DNA of 64,000 bases from an uncultured candidate division Zixibacteria bacterium (GTDB lineage: Bacteria; Zixibacteria; MSB-5A5; UBA10806; 4484-95), in contig CAXXKA010000001.1 of assembly GCA_963668625.2 (NCBI GenBank), positions 416,001 to 480,000 of the forward strand, written 5' to 3'. The notes below the pieces were generated by a model that saw only the letters and a program-made list of their open reading frames with translations, was not told the origin of the DNA and did no database searches. Within the stretch, counting starts at the first letter, position 1. Every line of letters starts with the position of its first letter. Below, in pieces: positions 28,206 to 37,227 of this stretch. Both the position numbers and the translations under genes were made by a program.

Positions 28206-29414
28206 TTGAATTTAATTATATTCGAGGATAACCAGGCAAGTGGGTTTTACCCGATCTCGGTTTCACATCCCGTGTACGATTTGCTTTATGGATGTTTGAA
28301 TGTTGTCGATCGCTTGAAGTGTTACTTTAAGTGTGATGATTTATATTTAAGTTGCCGAACTCATTTAATCAAGATATCACATAATAGATATCAGGTGCCG
28401 GTAAATGATTTTTCCGATCTTAAAGGCGAAAGCCTGATAATCAACGCTGCCCTGATACCCGAGCCGGCAATACTTGAGATACTGAAAGCTATTGGGCCTG
28501 AAACGGTACTGGTTGGCAATAACGGCATATTAGGCGGCAGAATTTCCGAGGGGTTGGCCAAAGAGATTTCATTTGGCGAATCTTTTAGCGATGAAGCTGA
28601 TTTGCCCTCCGGACTAAAACCGAGTAAAGCGGATGGATCATTGTTCAAGCATCTCTGGGACATAGTTAATTATAATCCCAAAGCTATAAAAAACGATCTG
28701 GCTATCTTGCCCGGAGTGAATGACTGGAAACGTTCGCCGCAATCCATGAAACATGGCGACAGGGTGTATATTCATCCCGGAGCTGAAATCGGCAACGGCG
28801 TGTTTATCGAGGACCACGGCGGCCCGGTAATCATAGATGATGGCGTGAAAGTCGAACCTCGCTCATTGATACAGGGGCCATGCTATATCGGCAAAAACAG
28901 TGTCGTGATGTCGGGTATGATACGAGAGGGTTGTAGCCTGGGCCCGGTTTGCAAGGTTGGCGGAGAGCTGGAGGAATCTATTATCCTCGGTTATAGCAAT
29001 AAATGCCACGAGGGTTTCATCGGCCATTCGTATTTAGGAGAATGGGTGAATTTAGGGGCGCTGACAACAAACTCCGATTTGAAAAATAATTATGGCGAGA
29101 TCAAGGTAAGTATGAACTGGCAAATGACGAACACCAACTCGATCAAAGCCGGTTGTTTTATCGGTGATCATACGAAAACCGGCATCGGAACGCTGTTAAA
29201 TACCGGTATTGTAATCGGTTTCTCGAATAATCTTTACGGCGGCGGCTTGTTTATGGAACGAGAAATCGGCCATTTCAGATGGGGCACGCCCGGAAACCTG
29301 GTAAGGTTCCGTCTGGATAAAGCCCTCGAGGTAGCCCAGGCCGTTATGAGCCGTCGCGGAGTAGCTTTCGATGAGGATCAGCGAGCATTATTCGAGTGGC
29401 TAAGCAGGATTTGA
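28206..29414 (+). CDS. Putative sugar nucleotidyltransferase / acyltransferase (alternative GlmU-like, hexapeptide repeats)
   Basis: LIIFED....FYP....PVYDL, GPCYIG, GPVCKVGGE.E.S, SNKCHEGFIGHSYLGEWVNLGA.TTNSDLKNNY. Confidence 0.8.
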   Translation: MNLIIFEDNQASGFYPISVSHPVYDLLYGCLNVVDRLKCYFKCDDLYLSCRTHLIKISHNRYQVPVNDFSDLKGESLIINAALIPEPAILEILKAIGPETVLVGNNGILGGRISEGLAKEISFGESFSDEADLPSGLKPSKADGSLFKHLWDIVNYNPKAIKNDLAILPGVNDWKRSPQSMKHGDRVYIHPGAEIGNGVFIEDHGGPVIIDDGVKVEPRSLIQGPCYIGKNSVVMSGMIREGCSLGPVCKVGGELEESIILGYSNKCHEGFIGHSYLGEWVNLGALTTNSDLKNNYGEIKVSMNWQMTNTNSIKAGCFIGDHTKTGIGTLLNTGIVIGFSNNLYGGGLFMEREIGHFRWGTPGNLVRFRLDKALEVAQAVMSRRGVAFDEDQRALFEWLSRI

Positions 29415-29536
29415 AGCTAAATTGTGATATCCTGTGCTCGGATTTTTAAATTACGATTCAGATGATTCGTCCAGGTGACGATAATCATAAAGTTAATAAT
29501 AAGTTATGGCAATACAACGGATTGTAGGAGGGTGAA

Positions 29537-30535
29537 TTGCCGGAATTAAGAAAAGACCCGATTATTGGAAGATGGGTTATAATTTCAACCGAGCGGGGTA
29601 AACGCCCCACGGATTTTGCCAGTGTTACGAAAACGCGCGAGCCCAGGCTATGTCCGTTCTGCACGGGCAATGAAAGCTCGACTCCGCCCGAGGTATATTC
29701 TTTTCGCAAGAAAGGTACCGATGCAAATCAGCCGGAATGGAGTTTGAGAGTAGTTTCGAATAAGTTCCCGGCTTTGAAAATAGAGGGTGATTTAAACCGA
29801 GAAGGGGTTGGCATATTCGATAAGATGAACGGTGTCGGCGCCCACGAGGTGATAATCGAAACCCCGGATCATATGAAAGACCTGGTCGACCTGGAGAATG
29901 AGGATTTCCAGAATGTCATCCGGGCTTACCGAGAACGCATACTGGATTTGAGCAAAGATCCCCGGTTCAAATATATCCTGGTATTTAAAAATCAGGGGGA
30001 GGCCGCCGGCGCCTCGCTGGAGCATTCGCATTCACAGCTTATCGCTACGCCGATATTGCCCAAGCGCGTTATGGAGGAACTTGCAGGTTCCAAGCAATAC
30101 TACGAATTCAAGGAACGCTGCGTGTATTGCGATATTGTCAGGCAAGAATTGGCCGATAATGTTCGAGTAGTGGCCGCCAATGATAAATTCATCTCAATCG
30201 AGCCGTTTGCCTCTCGTTTCCCGTTTGAAACATGGGTAATGCCCCGGAATCATCAGGCCGCGTTCGAGTCTATCAGGGGTGATGATATCGACCAGTTCGT
30301 GCATGTTCTTAAAGAGACATTGCTGCGATTGAAAGTCGCGTTAAATAATCCGCCGTACAATTTCATGATACACACCGCACCCTCTGATCATAACCATCAG
30401 AAAGAATACCACTGGCATGTCGAGATTATCCCGAAACTGGTGAAAGTCGCGGGCTTCGAGTGGGGTACCGGATTTTATATCAATCCGACAACGCCCGAGG
30501 ATGCGGCCAGGTATTTGAACGAAATAGAAATTTAA
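29537..30535 (+). CDS. galT: Galactose-1-phosphate uridylyltransferase family protein
   Basis: ELRKDP..GRWVII..ER.KRP, CPFC.GNE, G.HEVIIETPDH, AGASLEHSHSQ, YHWHVEI.P. Confidence 0.93.
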   Translation: MPELRKDPIIGRWVIISTERGKRPTDFASVTKTREPRLCPFCTGNESSTPPEVYSFRKKGTDANQPEWSLRVVSNKFPALKIEGDLNREGVGIFDKMNGVGAHEVIIETPDHMKDLVDLENEDFQNVIRAYRERILDLSKDPRFKYILVFKNQGEAAGASLEHSHSQLIATPILPKRVMEELAGSKQYYEFKERCVYCDIVRQELADNVRVVAANDKFISIEPFASRFPFETWVMPRNHQAAFESIRGDDIDQFVHVLKETLLRLKVALNNPPYNFMIHTAPSDHNHQKEYHWHVEIIPKLVKVAGFEWGTGFYINPTTPEDAARYLNEIEI

Positions 30536-30564
30536 ATTACTGGGAATTCAATAGGAGCTGATAA

Positions 30565-32034
30565 ATGAGTTATCGCGTGGCTTATGTTTCACCGGAGGTT
30601 GTACCATTTGCTAAAACCGGGGGGTTGGCTGATGTCGCCGGGGCTTTGCCCAAAGCTTTAGCTAAAACCGGCAACGTCGTGAAAGTGTTCATGCCTCTGT
30701 ATAAGCAGGTTGATATCGGCAAACACGCTATCCTGAGCCTAGAAACTGGATTGAGTGTAAAGGTAAACGGCCTCGATGAGGCTTTCGATATTTTGAATGT
30801 CAGGGATGAGGAGTCCGGCTGCGAATTTTACTTTATCAAGCATGATAAATATTTCGACAGGGACGGCCTGTATGTCGATCCGGAAACTACCAAGGATTAC
30901 GAGGATAACGATATCAGGTTCATATTTTTCACCACTGCAGTCATGGAATCGTTAAAAATACTCGAGTTCAAACCGGATATTATCCACTGTAACGACTGGC
31001 AGAGCGCGCTCATACCGGCCTACCTCAAATGCGGTAAGTACAGTGATGGCTACTTCGATTCGTGCCGGACTGTCTTCACGATCCACAATATCGCTTATCA
31101 GGGTTTATTCCCGGCCGAGACTTTCAAAAAAATGGGGTTGGATGACAAACACTGGTATCCACAAAGCGGTTTCGAGTATTACGAGAAAGTCAGTTTCTTG
31201 AAAGCCGGCATTCATTTTACGGATATTATCAACACGGTCTCGGAAAGATATGCCGAGGAGATACAGGCTACCGAGGAATACGGTTACGGCCTGGAGGGCG
31301 TACTGACCGATAGAACTGCCGATTTGTTCGGCGTTGTTAATGGCATTGACTATGATATCTGGAATCCCGCAACCGACAAGCTCATAAAAGCGAATTATAG
31401 CGCCGAGAAACCTGATAATAAGAAGAAAAACAAAAACGAGCTGCGAAAGCGTAACAAGCTGCCGATGGTTCGTAAGGATGTGCCGCTTATCGGTATCATC
31501 TCGCGCCTGGCCGACCAGAAGGGATTCGACCTGTTCGAGGAGATCGCCGAGGAGCTGTTCGAGGATGAGCTTCAGATGGTGATTCTCGGCACGGGGGATG
31601 AGAAATATCATAAACTGCTTGAGGAACTGGCCGAGAAATTCCCGAAGAAACTGGCGGTGAATCTGAAATTCGATAACGAACTGGCGCATCTGATCGAGGC
31701 CGGTTCGGATATGTTCTTGATGCCCTCCCGATACGAACCCTGTGGCTTGAATCAGCTTTACAGCATGAAATACGGTACGATCCCGATTGTCCGCGAAACC
31801 GGCGGTTTAGCCGACACGGTGGACAACTGCAACCCGGCGCGGGGGACAGGCACGGGTTTTGTATTCAAAAGCTACGACTCATCCCAGCTACTAAACTCGA
31901 TCCGTTTCGCGCTCGAGGTATACAAGAGCAAGGATATCTGGAATCAGTTGATACAGAACGCCATGGCCAAAGATTTCACCTGGGAGCACTCGGCCAAGAG
32001 ATATCTGGAGCTGTACGAGAAAGCGGTGGGGTAG
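30565..32034 (+). CDS. glgA: Glycogen synthase
   Basis: PFAKTGGLADV, IIHCNDWQ, FTIHNIAYQG, ISRLADQKG, MPSRYEPCGLNQ, TGGLADTV. Confidence 0.96.
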   Translation: MSYRVAYVSPEVVPFAKTGGLADVAGALPKALAKTGNVVKVFMPLYKQVDIGKHAILSLETGLSVKVNGLDEAFDILNVRDEESGCEFYFIKHDKYFDRDGLYVDPETTKDYEDNDIRFIFFTTAVMESLKILEFKPDIIHCNDWQSALIPAYLKCGKYSDGYFDSCRTVFTIHNIAYQGLFPAETFKKMGLDDKHWYPQSGFEYYEKVSFLKAGIHFTDIINTVSERYAEEIQATEEYGYGLEGVLTDRTADLFGVVNGIDYDIWNPATDKLIKANYSAEKPDNKKKNKNELRKRNKLPMVRKDVPLIGIISRLADQKGFDLFEEIAEELFEDELQMVILGTGDEKYHKLLEELAEKFPKKLAVNLKFDNELAHLIEAGSDMFLMPSRYEPCGLNQLYSMKYGTIPIVRETGGLADTVDNCNPARGTGTGFVFKSYDSSQLLNSIRFALEVYKSKDIWNQLIQNAMAKDFTWEHSAKRYLELYEKAVG

Positions 32035-32058
32035 GTTAAAACCCCTGCGGTTTTGACC
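32031..32058. repeat. REP-like palindrome with GTAG foot
   Basis: GTAG-GTTAAAACC-cctgc-GGTTTTGACC, overlapping the glgA stop codon. Confidence 0.5.
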
Positions 32059-32076
32059 GAGGTTTGGAAGTTACTG

Positions 32077-32106
32077 GCCGGTAGATGTCCTAGTCTGCCG
32101 GCTTTT
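32077..32106. repeat. REP-like palindrome, possibly acting as a terminator
   Basis: GCCGGTAGATGTCCTAGTCTGCCGGC-TTTT; related to 5491-5512. Confidence 0.5.
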
Positions 32107-32112
32107 TAAGTA

Positions 32113-33039
32113 TCAAAACCAATCAATCTTCGATATCATAAAATTTTTACCGTAAACATCATTGAGCGTATCTTTTCCCTGTGGTTTGCACATGGCCTTT
32201 ATATAATTGCCTTTATCCAGTTTGAATCCCGCCTTTATCAGAGCTTTAACCGCGTTTGGATCATAAGGATGCTGGGCGGCGATACCGTATTTCGCCCTCA
32301 ATGAGGCCATCTTTATCAGCTTACTATATGCTTTTTGTGAATTTGCCAGTATCTCCTTTATCACAATCGAATTGTTTACCGAGGTCAACAGCGCGTAGCC
32401 ATCGGGTAACATAAGCGAGAGATGTTTTACAAACGCGCCGCTTGATTCTTTGAACTTAATCAGATCGATGGTTCGGTATGTAAAACCGCTTTTATTCTCG
32501 GCGTATCGGTTGAATATCTCCAGCATCGCCTTGTGGTTGAGCTTGAACTCACTCGGCGTTTTAGTAACCGGCTCGACCTGAGGCTTTTTGAATACCTTAT
32601 ACAGATATGGGTAGTTCAAAACCTGCGGGATGTCTTTATAGCCGACATCAAGATACCATTTGTAAGCGTTAATAAAACTTGAGGTGGTCAGAAAAGAGAA
32701 ACGAAAACCCTGCTCCATAAAATAGCTTTCGGCTGCTTGAAGCAGTTTCCTGGCGAAACCTTTTCCTGCATAATCGGGGAGAGTCATTACGCTATGTATA
32801 CCGCCTGCTGTTTCGATATCGCCTGATTTGTTTTTGGTCTTGATATGAGTCACGCCAACGAAACTGACAACTTTACCCCCGGATACCGCGCACATCCCGA
32901 TTGGGCTATCCCGAAGAAACTCATCCTGCCTAAGATTATCATCAAGCCACCCGGGGGTAAAAGCCCAGAAAAACGATTTTAACCCCATAACCATCATACT
33001 GTCTTTATCTTTAACTTCGTGATAAGAAAGAATTTTCAA
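32113..33039 (-). CDS. GNAT family N-acetyltransferase (Eis-like)
   Basis: GGIHSVMTLPDYAGKGFARKLL, AYKWYLDVGY; TTG start after RBS AGGAG. Confidence 0.8.
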   Translation of the reverse strand: MKILSYHEVKDKDSMMVMGLKSFFWAFTPGWLDDNLRQDEFLRDSPIGMCAVSGGKVVSFVGVTHIKTKNKSGDIETAGGIHSVMTLPDYAGKGFARKLLQAAESYFMEQGFRFSFLTTSSFINAYKWYLDVGYKDIPQVLNYPYLYKVFKKPQVEPVTKTPSEFKLNHKAMLEIFNRYAENKSGFTYRTIDLIKFKESSGAFVKHLSLMLPDGYALLTSVNNSIVIKEILANSQKAYSKLIKMASLRAKYGIAAQHPYDPNAVKALIKAGFKLDKGNYIKAMCKPQGKDTLNDVYGKNFMISKIDWF

Positions 33040-33224
33040 AGTTTACTCCTGTAAGTATTGAACATTAGTGTAACTGTACCATGAATAATTATAATCAGCC
33101 ATTGGTTTTATATTTTACGGGGGGAGAGAATAGCAGTACATAGTACTGGTACAATCATTACATCAAACTTATTCCTTTAAATCTCCCCTAACCCGATATG
33201 TTTACAAAACTTAAATATTTTATC

Positions 33225-33252
33225 TTGACATATTCGAAATTATTTCTATATT
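33225..33252 (+). promoter_or_regulatory. Sigma70 promoter of tRNA-Gly
   Basis: TTGACA-16 bp-TATATT, 13 bp upstream of the tRNA. Confidence 0.7.
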
Positions 33253-33265
33253 ATGCGGTCGTTAC

Positions 33266-33338
33266 GCGGGAGTAGCTCAGCTGGTAGAGCTCCACCTTGC
33301 CAAGGTGGTTGTCGCGAGTTCGAATCTCGTCTCCCGCT
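33266..33338 (+). tRNA. tRNA-Gly (GCC), CCA not encoded
   Basis: GCGGGAG/CTCCCGC acceptor stem, D-arm GCTC-AGCTGGTA-GAGC, anticodon arm CCACC-TTGCCAA-GGTGG, T-arm GCGAG-TTCGAAT-CTCGT. Confidence 0.97.
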
Positions 33339-33460
33339 TTTTTTATTGCCTGAATCTGAAATGTATACCCAGAATAATATTATACAGCAAAGAAAATTTA
33401 GATTTTCATCGGTAAACTTATCCTATATGTCGAATCTATTAATGACTACATCAATCGATA

Positions 33461-34399
33461 CTAAAGACCAAAATCACCTTTATCGATCCATTTCATCGAT
33501 AGCAAAGACCAGAAATCCAATGCCAGGTAATTCAAGACATAGTCATATGGCAGCCAGCCATATCCCTGATCTCCCCATTCCTTGCTCCAGGAATTTCGTA
33601 TGAGCAGGGCCCCGGTGGTTTTTTGATTGCATTGAGTATTGATGATTTTCTTTTTATCATTATAACCTACGGCAGCCACGGCATGGCCCCATTTGGCTTG
33701 TTCCCAGGAGCAGGGAAAAGGAATCGCTCCCGGCTCATCCGAGCTTTCACTCGAATCGAATCCCCAGAAACCGAACATACTGGGTATACCTGCAGCCAGG
33801 TATTTTTTCACGCTGTTAAGCACATCCTTTCTTGGCCGACTGGAACTTAACGGATCATGGCAAAAATATTTTAGCGCTTCATAATTATCGGCAAGCGAGT
33901 AAACGAAAGCGGTCGGCTCATCATCAAAGGCCGGTTCGCCATCCGGGCCGGGTTGAGCGAGGTCATTGTATCGCCAGTGGTTTTCCGGCGGCACTCCGAA
34001 TAGAGACAGAGCCGCCATAGTGATCCTGCACCAGGCGCCCGTATCACCGGTAACCCCCATGAGATTTCTGGTGGTTTTATATACGAATAGACGGGAACCG
34101 TCAAGATGCCTGCCGAATGCCCGCTTTTCGTAGTATTCAACAATACCGACACCGGCATGTGCGGTGCATGATCCCAGGTTTAACTGGCTCTCTATCGGGG
34201 AACAATCCGAACGCAGATCAACGGAAGCGGGAAGGGTTGCGCGTAAAGTCGTTGGGGGTTTGCGGACATTTTTGAATAGTTCTTTGATATCTTTCTTATC
34301 GTCGGTGAAATCACGATTATCGGGTAATGGCGGAAGCCATCCCGTGCCCACTGTTTCGGTCATATTCGTTAACCTGACCGGTTTATAGACGAAATACAT
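33461..34399 (-). CDS. Papain-like cysteine protease (peptidase C1)
   Basis: GW.P..PD.RD, LPASVDLR, Q.NLGSCTAHA, SRLFVY, GHAVAAVGYND, IRNSW...WGD.GYGWLPYDY; RBS GAGGAG. Confidence 0.92.
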   Translation of the reverse strand: MYFVYKPVRLTNMTETVGTGWLPPLPDNRDFTDDKKDIKELFKNVRKPPTTLRATLPASVDLRSDCSPIESQLNLGSCTAHAGVGIVEYYEKRAFGRHLDGSRLFVYKTTRNLMGVTGDTGAWCRITMAALSLFGVPPENHWRYNDLAQPGPDGEPAFDDEPTAFVYSLADNYEALKYFCHDPLSSSRPRKDVLNSVKKYLAAGIPSMFGFWGFDSSESSDEPGAIPFPCSWEQAKWGHAVAAVGYNDKKKIINTQCNQKTTGALLIRNSWSKEWGDQGYGWLPYDYVLNYLALDFWSLLSMKWIDKGDFGL

Positions 34400-34460
34400 T
34401 TATGCTCCTCTGTTTACGAGTTAAACATTTTTATTACCGGAATTCTCATTGCCCCATAAA

Positions 34461-34607
34461 GAGGCTGTTGAAAAATCTTATTTCACGCGTCGCTGGGCGG
34501 ACGAAGTCATTTGTTCATCCTTTCCCGGCGACTTCCCGCATGAAATCAGGTGTCAGGAAAGGATTCCCGGCATTGCTACTATCCAATTATGACTTTTCAG
34601 CAACCCC
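34461..34607. mobile_element. MITE-like non-autonomous element (147 bp)
   Basis: Imperfect 17-bp terminal inverted repeats GAGGCTGTTGAAAAATC / GACTTTTCAGCAACCCC (13/17), flanked by 5-bp direct repeats ATAAA; internal hairpin ATCCTTTCC...GGAAAGGAT. Confidence 0.65.
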
Positions 34608-34710
34608 ATAAAATCGTAATGAAAGAAACAAAATCGTATGGAATGCCCCGAGATTTAACTACCATGAATTATAGCGAATGATTTTATGAGGCTGATGATC
34701 TTGAAAGTTG

Positions 34711-34743
34711 AAAAGACGGGCCTCGTTCAATCCCGGCCCGTCT
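34711..34743 (-). terminator. Terminator of the clostripain gene
   Basis: AAAAGACGGGCC...GGCCCGTCT; U-tract on the minus strand. Confidence 0.6.
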
Positions 34744-34819
34744 AAACACGTATCCCTACTGTGCCATCAGCTATACTTAAATTATTGATGATCGTTGTCA
34801 GGCTAATACACCGATTGAG

Positions 34820-36370
34820 CTATGGTATATTAGAATAGTAATCCTGAAGCCAGTTATCCCACTGGACGTATTTGACAAAATCCACCGGCATAAAAGCGTT
34901 GGTTTCCAAATAACCGCTATGTTGCGGATCGTTGTTGAATTCAACTTGAGTAGGCGGGAAGTATATTGCCAGACCGTTCGAACCGCTCATATCGGCGCTG
35001 TGTTCCTCGCTAACCACATAATCCTCAACCGCTAGTTTCAAATTCTTAGCAGCATTTTTAAGATCAACGGAGGCCACGTTTTGCTCTACGTTATCAGCGA
35101 AATCCCAGAGATCGGTTCCCCAACAACTAGGGCTCCAGGCGGGATGAAATTGTTTGGAGTTCATCCTCGCTGTTTTTAAAGTTGCCCATTCTACGTTAGC
35201 GCGATGGACGAATTCGTTCAACCTGTATACCAGGTTGTTCAATTTATCCTGCCTGACTGCTGCTTGTGTAATTCCACCGCTACCGGCGTAGGAGGCTTTG
35301 TAACTATTGACAATCAAATCCGCTAAAGTACCCGGACTCTGACTGGGATTAGCTACCAGGCCTTGAATGATTCTGTCGTACGGCCAGCCATCAAATGGCT
35401 CGGTATCCTCAGAGCCGACGATGTAATTAGCGACATCGCGTAAAGCATAGGCCGACTCGATCATACCCATCAAGCAGGCATCGAAACCGACTATATCCAG
35501 CTTGACATTGGTGTTGTTTTTTACGTCCAGTCGAATCTTGGCGGCGGTCAAAGCATCCTGAACCTCGCGCATATACAGGACATCGTTATCGGTATCATCA
35601 GTACAGATAGATTTAACGATGCAGCTAGTGTCCATCATTCCGCTAGACCTGGCGGCCTCAGCCGCTTTCATGGTTTTCTCCATGGTCTTGCGCCATCCAT
35701 CACCATGATTCCAAATCACGACAGCATAACGTTCGGCTGGATAATTAGTGATACCCCATTCGACGAAGTCGCGAAGAGAATTGGGATCGCCCATATTGAC
35801 CTCGCCTAAATTCATCACCGGCGGATCATCCGGTTCATCGCCGGCCTGCACCTGAAACCTTCTGGTATCGGTCCAATTGCCATAACCGGCCGAATGTCCC
35901 GGGGCTCTATCCATTTGCACGAGCACATTAATATGTGCGGAGGTAGCCTCATCCGATATCTCCATGAAATCATCCAACGCTGCACCTTCGAGGTTGTTAT
36001 CGCCATCCATATATATCATCATGCTCCACTTGACCGGCCCGATTACGCGGAAGTTAGTTTTGCTTTTACCTTTTCCTTTAGAGGTCTTAACCGAAATTTC
36101 CCCGGTTTGAGCTCCAGCGGGAACCCTGACTTTTAACATCGTTGTCGAGGCGAACGTTATATCAGCCGCCGGAACAGTTACACCTTGGAAAGTAACGGTA
36201 TTATCGACAGGATTAGATTTGAAACGGGAGCCTTTGATCGTTACCTCCGTACCGATAGGCCCCTCCTCCGGAGTAAAACTTTTTATTTTCGGGCCGCAGT
36301 CAAAAAACACGATCGCGCTCAGTATTAATGCTAGTATAATCCATGGATTTCGATTTCTTCTCTTATACAT
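34820..36370 (-). CDS. Clostripain-family cysteine protease (C11) with N-terminal IPT/TIG domain, probable lipoprotein
   Basis: Signal ending FFDC; IPT (PKIKSFTPEEGPIGTEVTIKG..F); WSMMIYMDGDNNLE, EVNMGDP..L..FV.W....YPA, WNHGDGW, GFDACLMGMIE. Confidence 0.9.
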   Translation of the reverse strand: MYKRRNRNPWIILALILSAIVFFDCGPKIKSFTPEEGPIGTEVTIKGSRFKSNPVDNTVTFQGVTVPAADITFASTTMLKVRVPAGAQTGEISVKTSKGKGKSKTNFRVIGPVKWSMMIYMDGDNNLEGAALDDFMEISDEATSAHINVLVQMDRAPGHSAGYGNWTDTRRFQVQAGDEPDDPPVMNLGEVNMGDPNSLRDFVEWGITNYPAERYAVVIWNHGDGWRKTMEKTMKAAEAARSSGMMDTSCIVKSICTDDTDNDVLYMREVQDALTAAKIRLDVKNNTNVKLDIVGFDACLMGMIESAYALRDVANYIVGSEDTEPFDGWPYDRIIQGLVANPSQSPGTLADLIVNSYKASYAGSGGITQAAVRQDKLNNLVYRLNEFVHRANVEWATLKTARMNSKQFHPAWSPSCWGTDLWDFADNVEQNVASVDLKNAAKNLKLAVEDYVVSEEHSADMSGSNGLAIYFPPTQVEFNNDPQHSGYLETNAFMPVDFVKYVQWDNWLQDYYSNIP

Positions 36371-36804
36371 TGTCTCCCCCTGTAGGTTAACTCATTGTTT
36401 AATTAATCTGCATCTAGCCCCTCTTTTATACTAGTTCAGTAAAATGCTTTATATCATAGGCGCCTCCCGGTCAAAATCATTATCCAGCCGCCGAATAATT
36501 ACAGCCGGATAATTTTGGTTAATTGATATATTTATTTAATAAAAAGGTGTCTTATCTAAGGTGTTTGACAAGTATAAATATACATGTAAGAAATACTTAT
36601 AATTAATAAACGGATTATCGTCAATAGGAAAATATTATACCCAATAATACGTACCCTATTATAGTGTTAACCTTTATAACAATTTCATCTGGAATTCGAT
36701 CATTTATATATATGAGGATATTTCAATGCTAGCAAAGGTTAACGCGGACATCAATATAAGATGACGTATCCTGATTGCTATAACAAGCAAAGGGAAATCT
36801 TTCC

Positions 36805-36820
36805 TGGCAGGTTGTTTGCC
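36805..36820 (+). promoter_or_regulatory. Sigma54-like promoter with no adjacent ORF
   Basis: TGGCAG-GTTGT-TTGCC (GG-N10-GC spacing), about 400 bp upstream of the citrate synthase start. Confidence 0.4.
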
Positions 36821-36832
36821 GAGGAATTGAAT

Positions 36833-36980
36833 CTCATCAGTTGTTTTTAACACCTGAACCTTTTCCTGTTATAATAGTATTAACAATATGAATTTTTCTG
36901 AAAACTGATGTTTGACAGTGTGAAATGGTACTAAGTCGACCGGGGAGGAATTGCGGCAGCTGCCTCGATCCGGTTTTGCT
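36833..36980 (+). ncRNA. Candidate small RNA
   Basis: Follows the sigma54-like promoter; CATCAGTT (36835) pairs with AACTGATG (36903); ends in GC-rich hairpin ACCGG.GAGG...CCTC..CCGGT followed by TTT. Confidence 0.3.
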
Positions 36981-37227
36981 AATAAGGGTTAAGCGATGAT
37001 TATTATTGATGTTTTTCCATTTTTTTGTGATATTTTTCACTAAAAAATGATAATATCATTGACTTTGCCACTGAGAATTAATTACTTTATGTAGCTAAAA
37101 TTTACACTGTTTGCACTGCTGTCATAATTGACAACTACACAGATAACCAACGCCAAGAGGCTTTTATCGGCTCTTGAATTTTTGCAAATCTAAATATACG
37201 GCTGTATGCCATAAAAAAGGAGAGGAT

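Noticed and set aside
33253-33603. 116-aa ORF from the track
   Set aside because: Shadow of tRNA-Gly and antisense to the C1 protease.
34402-34611. 69-aa ORF from the track
   Set aside because: Spans the MITE; no RBS or recognisable motif.
36380-36470. Tiny RBS-led ORFs upstream of clostripain (minus strand)
   Set aside because: Only 2-4 codons long; cannot be told apart from chance or decay.
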